From: Podarcis liolepis
Lineage: Eukaryota
Strand: one strand, 5' to 3'
Assembly: GCA_965112155.1 (NCBI GenBank)
Contig: OZ218098.1
Length of the DNA: 64,000 bases
Shown here one piece after another: positions 53,801-62,611 of this stretch (the first letter of the stretch is position 1; each line of letters begins with the position of its first letter). Both the position numbers and the translations under genes were made by a program. The notes beneath the pieces are model-generated. The model saw nothing but the letters and a program-made list of their open reading frames with translations, searched no databases and was not told where the DNA came from.

Positions 53801-56800
53801 ATGTCCAGGGCACTGTGGTAGATACAGAATGGTGGACAGCTGCCATCACAGCAGCTGCCTGCTTCCTGCAGCAAATTACAACTACTGTAGGAAAAAAGAA
53901 AGAGATGCAGTCCCAAGAAATGTGGTGGACAATTTCTCCTGTCCACTCACTCCTTGTTCCCTGGTGGGGTAGCGGGACATGGGTGCCAACAAGTCTTGGG
54001 CCGGCTCTGCGTAACATCCAGACACAACACTAACCATCCTAGTCCCATTTTGGCTGCCAATGTTATATGTTGCCACATAAATGTTATGCCATATATAAAT
54101 TTGAATGTTACCATTATCTCATTTGCCAAAATTTATTCTGTCCATCAACATGCCTTCTGTTTGCTTCCACAGGCATTGTCTCAGGCGAGCAACTTAACAA
54201 TGAACAGAGGGACATTTAAAATCATTTCAAAAGCTCTCTGCAATGAGGAAATCACTCCTTTGTTCTTTGAGTCTCTGCTTCCAGATTTTGAAGAGCAGAA
54301 TGTTCACCATTCTTCTGTACAAGATGAGCGAATACAACATATTATGAATAAATATGGCATCCCACAGAACACCAGTGAGTTGTTAATACTATTGGTATCT
54401 GAAGCCTCTTGTAAAACCTACAGGGTACAACCCAACAAAATTATTGGGTGGGAGCAAGTTGTAACAAGTCTTAATTGGGAATTAAGATTTCAACTCATTG
54501 CTTTCAGGAGAACATAAGCACAATTAGGAATGTGCAAAACTGCATTTGTTTATTTCTTTAGAATTGTCCAATATGTTTTTTAAAAGTCCACAAATAGCCT
54601 GCTTATCAAAATCCCACGAACCTCTGCAAGATCATGGTCATGTTTATGTGCATATTTATGCCATTTACATTTCTTGATATGAGAAAACAGGCAAATAAAG
54701 ATGTCCTAAATATTTTAGACATTTCCCCTTTCGCTCTTTCAACCACTGATCAACCTTATTCCCTTATAAATTAGTTAGAGGTCAATGAAATCTAAACACA
54801 CACACAATCATAATCCAATAAGATACTCTCTGTGAACACTATTGAAGTTGCATAGGAACTGGTCCAAGAATAGCTTTCTTTTGTCCTCCCACCTGTCTCA
54901 CCAGGTAGAATAGAAATCTGGGACCTTAAAGATCAGCTTTCATTCTAACTTCATGGCTTATTAGTAAGGGTAATTAAAAGTCATATTTCTAGAGTTAGAA
55001 AAGCACTTATATGAGCAGGATTCTGTGCTTTTATATCAACTGAGTAGGAAGATGACTACAAGAGGGGAGGGCGTATACAGGGTGTATTTTGCATATGAAC
55101 CAGATTCAATCCAGTTATAAAGGATTTCAGGTGGCAGGAAAGACCTAATCTTGAGACCTGGTGCCAGTCAGACCATTGGTCCAATGACAATACGAGTCAG
55201 AATGGACTCAGTATGGCAGCACCATATGTTCATAAGGGCGCTCCGGTCTCAATGAGATCAAATTCTGCAATACATGTTTGTATGTAGTTATGGTGACCTA
55301 TTTCAAAAATGGAAAAACTGACTTTGCTGCTGGAATTGCTGAGCTTTCAGCAGACACTTTACAAAGAAATGCAAGGTTTGCATTTTCTTGGTGCAAGAAA
55401 AGTTTCTATCTGAAAAGTGAAGCAATGCAGACAGCAGTTGAAGTGGCTTTAATACATTGCCAAATCTAAAGTCCCCAATGAGTTTGGCTTTAGTATTCAG
55501 AAAGGTCACTGCTTTTATTTTGAGGAGTTGTTTTTCCATCTGTACTGACACTCGCTCCTCTGAGCTCCAAAAGCTCCATTTAACCTTAAACAGAAGAGGT
55601 TTTTGCTAGAACAATAAGAACCTTGTTAGCTGAGTTCAGCTATGGGAGATCTTTGGGGAGGATTAGCTTTGTCAAAAGGCATCACATCAGGATGTGAAGA
55701 CAGGGCTTTCAAGGGATTCTTCAAGCATCTGCTCTCATCTGGCAAGCATCAATATCTGCATCCAGACTGTGCATCTGTGTTATGTGTGCTAATTCTCACA
55801 CCGACTCTGTCTTTTTCTAGCATCGTTCTGCACATCAATCTTTTTGGACTTGGTGAAAACACCTACAGGGGCTTTAATTTGGTCTTTCTTAAAGCCCATG
55901 CTGTTTGGGAGGATTCTGTATACACCAGACACCCCTGAAACAAGAGCAATCATGGAGAAGGTAACACCACGCTCAATAAAATCAATAGTTCTCGGTGATT
56001 AGAAAACACTTGGTACTTGCAGTAGACGCCAATTAGGAGGTTGCTTCTCCAGTGACTTGGGAACATATGGAATTCCTAATGTTAATTTGCCTTCAGAATA
56101 TGTGGCTTAGTTGGGAAGAAGTTTTGTAAAAATAGCGAGAAATTACTATTAACCAGTGTGAGACTGCTCTCATAATCAGGGAGCAAACCAAGGCATCAAA
56201 GCACTGTAATTCACTTGATTGACTAGATATGCATTTTTCTTTGCCCATATATTTTTTGTTCTCTTAGTCTAATGCAACATTGAAACTGATGGCTGAATTA
56301 ACACAAAAATCCCAGGAGTGGCTGGACAATTCACCATTGCTGATGAGCTCACTGAATATGTTAAAGGAAACTATTCCAATAGCAAAGGTATGAAACGTTC
56401 ACTCCCTATCTCCTTAACTGATGGAGTGTTGATTTTGTCTTGTTATGGTTTTTGTGCTAGTTGATTTGTACGTCTGGATTAATAATTATGCTTAACATCT
56501 CATAGCATAGGATTCCAGCAAAGTTGACCTTACCTCGGAGCTCCCTGATTCATAAAATAAGGTCCCCTCTGCTGCTGCTTACTTTAAAATGTGTGTGGAA
56601 GATGAGAAGTGTTTCCTTCCCTCATAGAAAGGGGAGCATTGCCTACATGCCCAGGCCTGAAAAACTTTCATGTGTCAGTCTTCTGTCCATGATGAATGAT
56701 GCATCAGCCTTGCTGTCTGCATTGCAACCATTTTCACACGTATCATGAATGGGGAAAGGGCCTTGCAGCAAGTGAATGAGTGGGTGTGTGTAAGGTTTTA

Positions 56801-59800
56801 ATCAGAAGCAAGAAACCGGAGACATCATAATGATTTCACAATGGAGTCTCCATCTCCTGTCATCCGGCTATCTCAAGTTCTCTCCCCCAAATCCAGGCTT
56901 TATGGGCCAACCACTGCTAATTTCTCAACAAAACGCCAAAGGTATTTTGGCTCAGCTATAGTTGCATACTTCCTATTAACTGTCTCCTCTCACATGTACC
57001 TTCTTGCAATTTGGGGGTAGGGAGAGCTTGCTCTCTCTCTGCTTGGGGGTGGGAGTTGGTGGAGCTTTCTCTGCAGTGGTGCTGAGGCTGCAGTACTGCA
57101 GTACTTTTGACCATCTGGCCCATCACATGGGGTTTTCGGATGAGGAAGGTAGGCATAGCTTTGGGGCCTTTTGCAAGGGAAGGTTAAACTGGTCAAACGG
57201 CTGACAGAGCTAGTTCCCTGTCTAATTTTTAAGTGCAAATTCACCTGTCTGTACCTTTATGGTATTTTAATTAAGCTGCTTAATTTTTTAAAAAAGTTAT
57301 ATCATTGTTACAATGTGTGATTGTTTTGAGGTCTTGTATGCCCCCTTGGAACAACATTGTTTTATGGAAGGGTATGCGGTCTGAAAAGTTTAAAATACTT
57401 TTTTCATGATTAAATTAATATCTTTGAGCCTTTCCCTAAATTGTAGAGATACCTGTGTGCTGACAGGCTGGTACCTGCTCTATTATCTAAGAAAACCTGT
57501 TTGAGTCAGGAGGATCAAAAAGGCTCCGTAGCGTAATGAGTTGAAATATTTGAATTCAAGCTACAAAATTCAGACCTTCTTCATAAATCAGTGTTAAAAC
57601 TCCCCTCTGGCGCTGAGTCCTATGGCAACAATCATTTTCTTTTTACTATGAAGTTGCAGCTGTCTTCTGTCAAATGATGTCTTTATTAACTCATGGTAGC
57701 ATGTGAAATTCAAGACAATGTATCTGACAGAGATAGCTATAACACAGGAACTTATTAACTCATGTAAGCAGTCAAATTCAGTATAACACAGTCAGTATAG
57801 CAAGGCTTGAGGGAAACCTTAGGAGTATTTTATTTTTTGTAACATGGAAATAAAATCTGGATGCTAGAAAAATTCATGCATCTCATGATGTCTTAATGGT
57901 GGCTTGTTTTTCTCTCAAGCCCATTTGAAAGCTTCATATGAAACATGCATATCAAGGCTATAAATAGGGATAAACAAAATTAGTAACGCTCATAAAGTGC
58001 TATAAAGTGAGCTGGTTTTGTCTTGCTGCCCTTCCACTTATGCCTGATGCAGTACTGTCTGCTCCACTGTGTGCTGTGGTTTTGTTTTCAATCTGTCATG
58101 ATCTATGCTGCTGTGCTTTGCTCTATTTACTAATCCATTGTCTCTCCTGCATGTTCCCTTTCAAAGTTTGATAAACAACAAATATCCTTGTGCCACCTTA
58201 AAGTCGGTGTTAATGAACTGGCCATTACAAAACCATCTATGAATGCAAACCTAACCATGCCTACTTAGAAGATAGTCATACTGAATTTAGTGGGGCATAC
58301 CTTCTGGTAAGTGAGGTTAAGATTGTAGCCTCTCTCACTGCCTAGATTTCACAACTCAGTATAAACTTGCCATCTTATATTGCTTCCCTCACTCAGTACC
58401 AGAGGTAGGCAGTTGAGTTACAAGTCAAGAAAATTTCAAGGGGGAAAAAGTAAAGGAACTATAATTTAAATTTCCTTTTTTCCAAATTACTTTTATTAAT
58501 TTTCCAAATGATTACAAATCAAACCAAATTAATTTAATACAATTTCTTAAAGCCAGGTCTTCCACTCCTGTTCCAAACATATGATCATGATCATTATTTC
58601 CTCACATTGCCACATCATTTCTTATTTTGAGTCCAGTTGACATCCTTCACTTGCCGTTTAACCATTCTTCCAGCTGGCCGCTTTTTTCACCTTACAACCA
58701 GCACCTCCGTTACGTCTTGTAAATAAGTAATCCATTTCACATGTGTAATCCTTCATATACATTGTTGTTCCAGACCTGGTGTGCTGGGAGAGTTAATTAC
58801 TATCTTCCATTGTTCAGTTCTTTGCAGTGTTTATCTGGATGGTACTAGGTCATATTTCATTTTCCCGCTGTTTACCAACTAGCGTATGAGCTGCAGCCAT
58901 AAATAATTCACAGAATACATATCCAAACTCTGCCATTAAAATTCTGCTCTGGAGTTCTTCCTCGGCACACAGTTAAAAACAAGATCTTTTCTCAAATTCA
59001 ATCTCTTTGCCAGATCTGTTCAGCAGCATTTCATTCTCCCCCTACTGCATTCCTCCAACAGCAGTTCAGGAATAATTTTAAATAAAGTCCATTCAGCCCC
59101 AGTCGAGGGGGGAGGGCTTAGTAAACACTTGTTAAATTCCTTGTTGACAATAAATCAAAAGCCTCCCCCCTCTTTTCTGAAGTAACAAACAGAATAACAT
59201 AGCAGTAGCTACACACATCCTTTTCATTATGCGGGGGGGGGGGGAGGCAGGAAAAATGAGATCATTTGAAAACCACAAGAAAGCACAAAGCACCTTGTCC
59301 CCCCCCCTTCCTTTCCTGGCTGTTATCAGGATTCTTGAGCTTCAAAGAAAACATCCAGACACCTTCAAAGAGCCAAGCACAGTCCTTTCAGCAGCTGACT
59401 GATTGCAGCCCATTAGCATATGTTGGCCCAGGAGCGCCTCTTGATTAATGCCAATTAACCGAATTGTGGAGGAACCAACTACAAATCATGCCGGAGATGG
59501 AGGCTTGTCCATGGCAGAGACACACTCCCAGGTCTCACCCGCTCTGCCTTTCAAGTTGGCAGACATGGGCTTGAGCGACACAGCAGGGAGCCCCGTAGAC
59601 TCCACTGGAGAGCATTGCTGAGATTTTTGCCTCAAAAATCCTGACTATCCCCTGCCTGAACCTCCCCTTTGCCTGTGAAGGGCAGCGATGAGCTACTGCT
59701 ATTGAGTTCGTGATGTAGCCAGAAACCTAACTGAAGTTTACTTTTAAGGGCATTTTTATAGTGGTCAAAAATCCAGATGGTTCTCCCCACTTTGACAAAG

Positions 59801-62611
59801 AGGCTAGGACTTTAACAGAGGAAGAAATATAAAATCCACAGGTAATAAGAGAGATCACTTATTTACATATGGAAAAAAAGCAATTTTGCATTCCATTGGC
59901 TTCTAAAATTCACAATATGAAGAGAAGCAGATCAAGGCTGAATCCCTAACTCTATTTACCTGAGAGTAAGCCTCACTGAATTCAATGGGATTTACTTCTC
60001 AGGTTTGCAGTCTTAGTGCACATGGGCTGCCTTGGGCCACAAACAACACTTCAGAAATAAAAAAATAAAAGCAACACCTGTGTACATCGGTGACTTTCTT
60101 ACACCTTGGCAGTGCCTCCATCAGCCCCACTTTCCTGTTAATTCTCTTTCAAAGTAAATAAAGCAGGTAATGGCCCATGAATTAGCCATCTCCCCACAGG
60201 GTTCTAAACATTTATTGAGCTTCATGATAACAGCATTGTGGAACATCAGGTGAAGTGACATGTAAAAAAAAATTACATTAATTATGTCAAACCTGCATAC
60301 TGAAAAAGATAAAATAGATGCCAATGTGAATGTGGGTTGCATTCACTTCAAGGAATTCCATTCCTGAATATTGGGAACAAGAACTTTCCATATCTGCACC
60401 TGCCTATAGCAAAACTCTCCGACATCCCTAGCTATTAATAAAACTGCTCTCTTGCAGAGGGATAATTTTTGCCATTACTCTGAGGCCAAATTTGCTTAGT
60501 ACTCAAACCTAGTTTAGATTTACAGTTTTAAAAAAAGAAGATTAAAAAAGAGGGGATTGAGTGTTACATATTTCTTCCACTGTGCCTCTTTTCTCCCATA
60601 TGGATTACCCCACCCTCCTCTATATTGTTTTGAATGAAACTAGGAAGACTGATAAGCTCACTTGGAGAACTTTGATTAACAAAAACATTCAGACAATGTG
60701 AGGTGCATAAGTTCAGAAGTATTCCTCCCTTCCTTTAAACTGAGTTAGCAACAGTTGCATGACATACAGAAACTGGATGCATAGTTTTGGGATGGGCAGA
60801 TTAATATGAGCGAAGGGAAGGGCATGCCAGAAATGTAGATATAGGGAGTTTGGGGTTTGACATTCATCTTTGGATATTGGGGGACAGTTTGCTAAAATCC
60901 ACTACATTCTCAGCCTTGGTATATAATTATCATGGCAAAATTGTGCTAATCCTGGTGTGTTCCATGGCTTGGTCCCAGTCCAGCCCTTTTCCTTCTACAA
61001 ATGGAAAGCTTGAGGTTCAGTTCCTGGGCCTGGCCTACATGATACAAGAAGCCAGCCACTGAAAGAGGAAAAGCTTGTGTCTTCTCTAAGGAACTGACCA
61101 TACCTTCTTCGCAGGGGACTCGTTTCCTCCTTCTGACAACTGTGGTTCTAATTTTGAAAAGTGGTTGAATATACTTTGTTTAAGCAAGCTCTCATTCCAT
61201 TATTTTGTAGAATGCACTGCAGAATCCCTTTGTGCAAGTGTTCATCAAACTCATGGTGAAACTAGATGCTGATGACCTTCTAAACCAAATTGATGAGCTG
61301 GGTAAGTTGTTGCACACAGCCATGCATGCTAACAGTACTAGAGATGTTCCTGGTTATACACCTTTACTTGTCTCACATAAGTGGGTGGTTGCCGCTGGTT
61401 TCTAGAGGAAAATATAAGTCCATATTACTTGCAGTACCCTGTGGAGACACCTATTTTTTGGACTGCATACTAGTTGACAGAGTACCCACTGAAAGGGACT
61501 ACATTTTGTGGGGTGGACATAACACCCCACGCTTCCCTGTTGCTTCCCAAACTGCAAAACATCAGGTTCTTGTGTGACAGAGCCCTGTAACCCACTTTAA
61601 TCATACAAATCTAAAGTTCTGGTTTGCACTTAAATCCCTTCACTTCCACGCAATATTAACTGTCTGGAGACACCCAAAATGGGAAGAACCCCAATGTGTG
61701 GTTTTATTTGTGAAGGGATTTGCTTTTTGTATGGAAGAGTATTTGGTCATTCAGCCCTCATCTATAGTCTAAAGTGGTCTAGGCCAGATACAAGTTTACC
61801 CCTTTCAGAGAGAACTAGGCAATCATTAGATCTTTTTCAGCTTTATGAATCTGTGAACAGAAACTACTAAAAGTAACTTCTGCTAATTTTAAGGTTTTCT
61901 TGTGTCTTCCACAGGAGAGTGTCACATTAAAATTAATAGATTATGGCAGAGGTGGTTCTAGGTTGGTGCAACTGGCAGGCCCAGACAGAGGGGGGGGGCA
62001 TGTGAGCCACTTGGCCCGGGCCTCCAATTCCAAAGGGGGCCTCGGTCAACACATTTATCTATATTTTCAGTTTTGTCTTTATATGCAGATACGGTTCAAG
62101 CCTTGAAATAAAATTATTTGTCGGCATAACTTTTGTGAAAATCATTTATATACTTACTTATTTATAAGACTTCAGTTATCCCCAGGGTAAAAAAAGGGGG
62201 GCACATTATCTACCTGGCCGGGTCCTCTGCCTGGCTCTGCAAGGCCCTGGCAACTGGTGTGGTCATCCTGGGTGCCATCCTGCAGGGTTTGCCAAAACAA
62301 TGCTGTAGAATACATTGTGAGAGGCGGTGGGGGGGGATTTTTGTCTCGCACAGGGCGCTGCTGAAATTTGAGAGCCCAAAGTCCACCACTGATTATGGTT
62401 CTCTTGCTTCTCCCCCCCCCCCCACCCCCAGATGATATACGTTGGGAACTACAGAATAATGCTGACATCATGAACCAGCTCAGCGTCTTAGCAGGACTTT
62501 CAGTAAATATCTCCTCATGTGTGTTGTTTGATCGTATTCGTCCATTCAAGACTGTAGAGGAGCTGGAAATGGTGGCAAAAGATTTCTTTTTGAAGAATGA
62601 ACTTCTTGCAA
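2464..62611 (+). CDS. ABCA12: ABCA12, 5' part; 22 coding exons, 3'-incomplete
   Basis: Spliced translation starts MASLFQHLRVLLWKNWLGVKRQK and contains CYLAPRNLPSAGFFPFLQT, IWSFLKPMLFGRILY, NPFVQVF and VNISSCVLFDRI, all resembling human ABCA12 as recalled. Splice phases are consistent across all junctions. Confidence 0.93.
4530..4960 (-). mobile_element. Old LINE (L2-like) 3' fragment
   Basis: Reverse-strand L2-type 3' end signature followed by decayed sequence; boundaries approximate. Confidence 0.5.
5123..5530 (-). mobile_element. Probable solo LTR (GC-rich)
   Basis: TG...CA ends (minus strand starts TGTCAGGGAAC); no clear TSD. Confidence 0.5.
6630..6940 (-). mobile_element. L1/Tx1-like LINE 3' tail fragment
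   Basis: A/T-rich tail resembling the element at 8365-8830 (shared gacttcctc-like block). Confidence 0.4.
6968..7209. mobile_element. Tc1-mariner/Tigger-like MITE family A, copy 1
   Basis: TA|CAGTGGTACCTC...GAGGTACCACTG|TA; near-identical copy at 43405-43662. Confidence 0.9.
8365..8830 (-). mobile_element. L1/Tx1-like LINE 3' end
   Basis: Starts with poly-T and tttattga (poly-A and AATAAA on the minus strand), long low-complexity 3' UTR. Confidence 0.5.
9500..10106 (-). mobile_element. LTR, diverged member of the family at 1-488
   Basis: Reverse complement contains gaataaaccatatttcttaaag...gtgtctcaatt...gaccctgggtgagtg; ends ATAACA (TGTTAT on minus). Confidence 0.55.
10423..10564. mobile_element. 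hAT-type MITE, same family as 41250-41385
   Basis: caggcataggcaaact...gcatgcctg with internal hairpin ggactacaattccc / gggaattgtagtcc. Confidence 0.8.
11203..11238. repeat. (ATCT)n microsatellite
   Basis: Read directly. Confidence 0.95.
11571..11935 (-). mobile_element. Sauria SINE, full length
   Basis: Minus strand starts GGGACGCGGGTGGCGCTGTGGG, has tRNA-like B box GGTTCGAATCC and (ACCTTT)n tail; 13-bp TSD aaaatacaaggta at 11558-11570 and 11936-11948. Confidence 0.92.
11949..12201. mobile_element. Tc1-mariner/Tigger-like MITE family B, copy 1
   Basis: TA|CAGTGGTGCCTCGCAAGAC...GTCTTGCGGGGCACCACTG|TA; related copy at 33067-33401. Confidence 0.9.
12393..12740. mobile_element. GC-rich non-autonomous DNA element fragment, related to 42056-42440
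   Basis: Shared 5' block ggaagggggg...gccccgggtgtca...gagggggttgac; right end uncertain. Confidence 0.5.
13314..13407 (+). CDS. ABCA12: ABCA12 exon 2 (94 nt), TM1: VWSLTLIAWPVFLFILMAIIRTRFPPEAQPN
   Basis: ctctctcacag| acceptor; T|gtgagt donor; hydrophobic TM1 with WP motif. Confidence 0.95.
14966..16458. mobile_element. 1493-bp non-autonomous hAT (Charlie-like) element with internal cargo
   Basis: TIRs CAGTGTTTCCCAACC / GGTTGGGAAACACTG; perfect 8-bp TSD tgctagac at 14958-14965 and 16459-16466. Confidence 0.92.
16015..16320 (+). mobile_element. L2 LINE ORF2 3' fragment inside the hAT element
   Basis: Near-identical to about 45255-45560 (gtcttgaaagacctacattggctcccagtac...). Confidence 0.9.
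19941..20443 (+). mobile_element. Probable solo LTR
   Basis: TGTCAC...TTACA termini, purine-rich body; no TSD found. Confidence 0.45.
20719..21954. mobile_element. Non-autonomous hAT-like element hosting a solo LTR
   Basis: TIRs tagggctggacaat / attgcccaggccta; degenerate TSD tttggaat/cttgggat; repeated internal cttctcc...ggagaag hairpins. Confidence 0.65.
21526..21855 (+). mobile_element. Solo LTR (330 bp)
   Basis: TGTTAT...TTTCA; perfect 5-bp TSD tagag; several CCAAT/ATTGG boxes, TATATAAA and AATAAA. Confidence 0.9.
22657..22705. repeat. (ATCT)n microsatellite
   Basis: Read directly. Confidence 0.95.
25137..25284 (+). CDS. ABCA12: ABCA12 exon 3 (148 nt), (C)YLAPRNLPSAGFFPFLQTVLCSSDARCK...PIN(R)
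   Basis: tttccag| acceptor; AG|gtaagg donor; conserved ABCA motif. Confidence 0.96.
26505..26655 (-). mobile_element. tRNA-derived SINE remnant; related pieces at about 12945-13110, 31545-31670 and 55120-55230
   Basis: Minus strand reads GTAGCTCAGTGACAGAGCACCTGGTTTGCATGCAGAAGG (tRNA-like head). Confidence 0.65.
27000..27137. mobile_element. hAT-type MITE
   Basis: cagcctttctcaacctgtggg / cccacaggttgagaactgctg; flanks share ctagag. Confidence 0.8.
27688..27776 (+). CDS. ABCA12: ABCA12 exon 4 (89 nt), KWRRSANPEKDSHPSSQSADVPKSKNGSL
   Basis: Polypyrimidine tract plus ttatcag|; G|gtaggt; phases 2/1 fit neighbours; resembles human RKSSNLDKDSSLSFQSTQVP. Confidence 0.85.
28076..28143 (-). mobile_element. 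CR1 LINE 3' end; second remnant at about 48452-48530
   Basis: tcatagaatcatagagttggaagagacc...ccaaccccctgc, i.e. (ATTCTATG)n tail on the minus strand. Confidence 0.8.
28628..28648 (+). promoter_or_regulatory. Triple AAGTGAAA array (IRF-E/ISRE or PRDM1-type motif)
   Basis: AAAGTGAAAGTGAAAGTGAAA read directly. Confidence 0.4.
29341..29447 (+). CDS. ABCA12: ABCA12 exon 5 (107 nt), (G)LNDSTVNLSS...LLNKILSLGE
   Basis: attgcag|; GAG|gtaatt; phases 1/0; end resembles human VLARILGLEK. Confidence 0.8.
29765..30088 (-). mobile_element. L2 LINE 3' fragment with (TTA)n tail
   Basis: Reverse complement of the 45415-45720 segment; minus ORF reads LRSSTAGLLAVPTLREVRLQGTR. Confidence 0.9.
30493..30672 (+). 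CDS. ABCA12: ABCA12 exon 6 (180 nt), MQMHKSSAGNLKAGICK...FCFTNLSLVESFFQEFTSQIPK
   Basis: ttttatag|; AAA|gtgagt; resembles human FCLSNMTLLESSLQEL; an in-frame alternative acceptor 6 nt downstream is possible. Confidence 0.88.
31928..32168. mobile_element. Tc1-mariner/Tigger-like MITE family C
   Basis: TA|CAGTGGTACCTC...GAGGTACCACTG|TA; interior differs from family A. Confidence 0.88.
33067..33401. mobile_element. Tc1-mariner/Tigger-like MITE family B, copy 2
   Basis: Same TIRs and TA TSD as 11949-12201; extra internal ttagcgg repeats. Confidence 0.9.
34202..34380 (+). CDS. ABCA12: ABCA12 exon 7 (179 nt), LQQDSQYQVAFVKETVSFLSLISQVQNETSLWHIL...
   Basis: ttttaag|; AG|gtaaaa; resembles human LSFFSQVQEQKAVWQLL. 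Confidence 0.9.
35083..35195 (+). CDS. ABCA12: ABCA12 exon 8 (113 nt), IITAVEKDSPLVASDNGLQAIQ...LNCSEQ
   Basis: tttacaaag|; G|gtgagg; phases 2/1. Confidence 0.87.
35864..35957 (+). CDS. ABCA12: ABCA12 exon 9 (94 nt), (D)NSSSAMNDICQLSLYWKNNPTLMTQMKDIV(R)
   Basis: ttttgtag|; AG|gtgaga; phases 1/2 bridge exon 8 to the next exon; little similarity to human exon 9. Confidence 0.72.
36805..36975 (+). mobile_element. L2-like 3' tail just upstream of the giant exon acceptor
   Basis: tgtaaactgccctgtgatcttcggatgaaggg...tatataaa...ataaataaat. Confidence 0.6.
37020..41042 (+). CDS. ABCA12: ABCA12 giant exon 10 (4023 nt, 1341 codons), no counterpart in recalled human ABCA12
   Basis: Acceptor tttttgttctcatttcag|A; stop-free frame including ORF 37186-41046; donor CG|gtaagt; phase 2 at both ends matches the flanking exons. 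Confidence 0.88.
41250..41385. mobile_element. hAT-type MITE
   Basis: TIRs cagccataggcaaactcggccctccagatg / catctggagggccgagtttgcctatgcctg; perfect TSD gtctaggt. Confidence 0.92.
41684..41830. mobile_element. hAT-like MITE containing GGGTTA repeats
   Basis: 17-bp perfect TIR cagtggcgtagcgtggg; perfect TSD gggataaa. Confidence 0.92.
42056..42440. mobile_element. GC-rich non-autonomous DNA element with an internal ~32-bp tandem repeat
   Basis: Related to the 12393 element; ccccatgggtggctcgtccc.ccct.gccctg repeated at about 42305-42375. Confidence 0.55.
43256..43371 (+). CDS. ABCA12: ABCA12 exon 11 (116 nt; human exon 10 equivalent), FLFSEFENVFLHMSPNNVFRSYLICVLNVSERLESEFS
   Basis: ttgttctag|; G|gtaatg; resembles human ENFEDALLNISANSPYIPYLACVRNVT. 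Confidence 0.9.
43405..43662. mobile_element. Tc1-mariner/Tigger-like MITE family A, copy 2
   Basis: Near-identical to 6968-7209; TA TSD; starts 34 bp after the end of exon 11. Confidence 0.9.
43727..43895. mobile_element. Palindromic MITE (Harbinger-like)
   Basis: ggctgtgtacaccccatacatt...ctggaaactgtag / ctacagtttccag...aatgtatggtgtgtaagcagcc. Confidence 0.65.
44214..44320 (+). CDS. ABCA12: ABCA12 exon 12 (107 nt), (G)NADLPPGFAQLKKVIL...VTEILMRR
   Basis: ctgtacag|; AGA|gtgagt; phases 1/0. Confidence 0.85.
44994..45720 (+). mobile_element. 5'-truncated young L2 LINE: ORF2 C-terminus, 3' UTR and (TTA)n tail
   Basis: Uninterrupted 201-codon frame with LVISCLDYCNALYVGLP...HITPVLKDLHWLPV...RAFSVVAPALWNALP, typical of the L2 ORF2 end. 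Confidence 0.93.
45886..46139 (+). CDS. ABCA12: ABCA12 exon 13 (254 nt), LTHLQNLTSLLCDPE...GDPEKLQQQIN(R)
   Basis: tttgaag|; AG|gtaagg; resembles human LRNLTELLCESE...GDPSKI. Confidence 0.92.
46229..46341 (+). CDS. ABCA12: ABCA12 exon 14 (113 nt), LQENVPQLKYIRDIPQYMASLDSIMNITQNTIQSRKQ
   Basis: Follows an 89-nt intron; tttttaag|; G|gtaagt; phases 2/1. Confidence 0.88.
47610..47734 (+). CDS. ABCA12: ABCA12 exon 15 (125 nt), (D)MLIDLFRNVDLLKNDLRNMVGMSAESINSLMEMPLPENRTQ; GC donor
   Basis: ttttaaag|; CAG|gcaagt; resembles human MFKNVEELKEDLRRTTGMS...PIPDNRAE. Confidence 0.88.
48790..48963 (+). CDS. ABCA12: ABCA12 exon 16 (174 nt), LIFWILQLESCDTN...SYVLGVTLLHYLDVYSFMYK
   Basis: atacag|; AAG|gtttgt; strong resemblance to human SYLIGLTLLHYLNIYNFTYK. 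Confidence 0.94.
49606..50104 (-). mobile_element. Solo LTR (about 499 bp), family of 1-488
   Basis: TGTTATGAG...GTGACA on the minus strand; near-TSD atat/atgt; strong similarity to 240-415. Confidence 0.8.
52205..52369 (+). CDS. ABCA12: ABCA12 exon 17 (165 nt), VLFPMELQTSLDKVL...RNVPLSK
   Basis: attctag|; AAG|gttggt; phases 0/0. Confidence 0.92.
52538..52775. mobile_element. Penelope-like element inverted pseudo-LTR remnant
   Basis: Perfect 18-bp inverted repeat ttgtggcaccttaaagac (52577-52594) / gtctttaaggtgccacaa (52739-52756); decayed hammerhead-like core. Confidence 0.7.
53055..53425 (+). mobile_element. L2 LINE ORF2 3' fragment
   Basis: Highly similar to 45222-45595. Confidence 0.9.
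54173..54374 (+). CDS. ABCA12: ABCA12 exon 18 (202 nt), ALSQASNLTMNRGTFKIISKALCNEE...KYGIPQNT
   Basis: ttccacag|; A|gtgagt; resembles human ISQALCSQG...KYGIPINST. Confidence 0.93.
55821..55960 (+). CDS. ABCA12: ABCA12 exon 19 (140 nt), SFCTSIFLDLVKTPTGALIWSFLKPMLFGRILYTPDTPETRAIMEK
   Basis: ttttctag|; AAG|gtaaca; conserved ABCA ECD1 motif IW..LKP.L.G.ILY.P. Confidence 0.96.
56268..56387 (+). CDS. ABCA12: ABCA12 exon 20 (120 nt), SNATLKLMAELTQKSQEWLDNSPLLMSSLNMLKETIPIAK
   Basis: ctcttag|; AAG|gtatga; resembles human SNVTLRQLAELREKSQEWMDKSP. Confidence 0.95.
58470..59730 (-). mobile_element. Decayed L1/Tx1-like element (3' end plus probable upstream remnant)
   Basis: Poly-T and ttttattaa start; minus frame near 58850-58910 reads ELFMAAAHTLVGKQRENEI*P, resembling an L1 ORF2 C-terminus; right boundary uncertain. 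Confidence 0.45.
61211..61301 (+). CDS. ABCA12: ABCA12 exon 21 (91 nt), NALQNPFVQVFIKLMVKLDADDLLNQIDEL
   Basis: ttttgtag|; G|gtaagt; resembles human NTLRNPFVQVFVK. Confidence 0.95.
62432..62611 (+). CDS. ABCA12: ABCA12 exon 22 (180 nt), (D)DIRWELQNNADIMNQL...VNISSCVLFDRIRPFKT...NELLA
   Basis: Poly-C tract then cag|; A|gtgagt; resembles human VNISSCVLYDRI. Confidence 0.95.

Noticed and set aside
2464-62611. Assignment to ABCA13 or ABCA1
   Set aside because: A giant ECD1 exon suggests ABCA13, but the N-terminus, internal motifs and exon sizes track ABCA12 as recalled. A recent ABCA12 paralog cannot be excluded without synteny.
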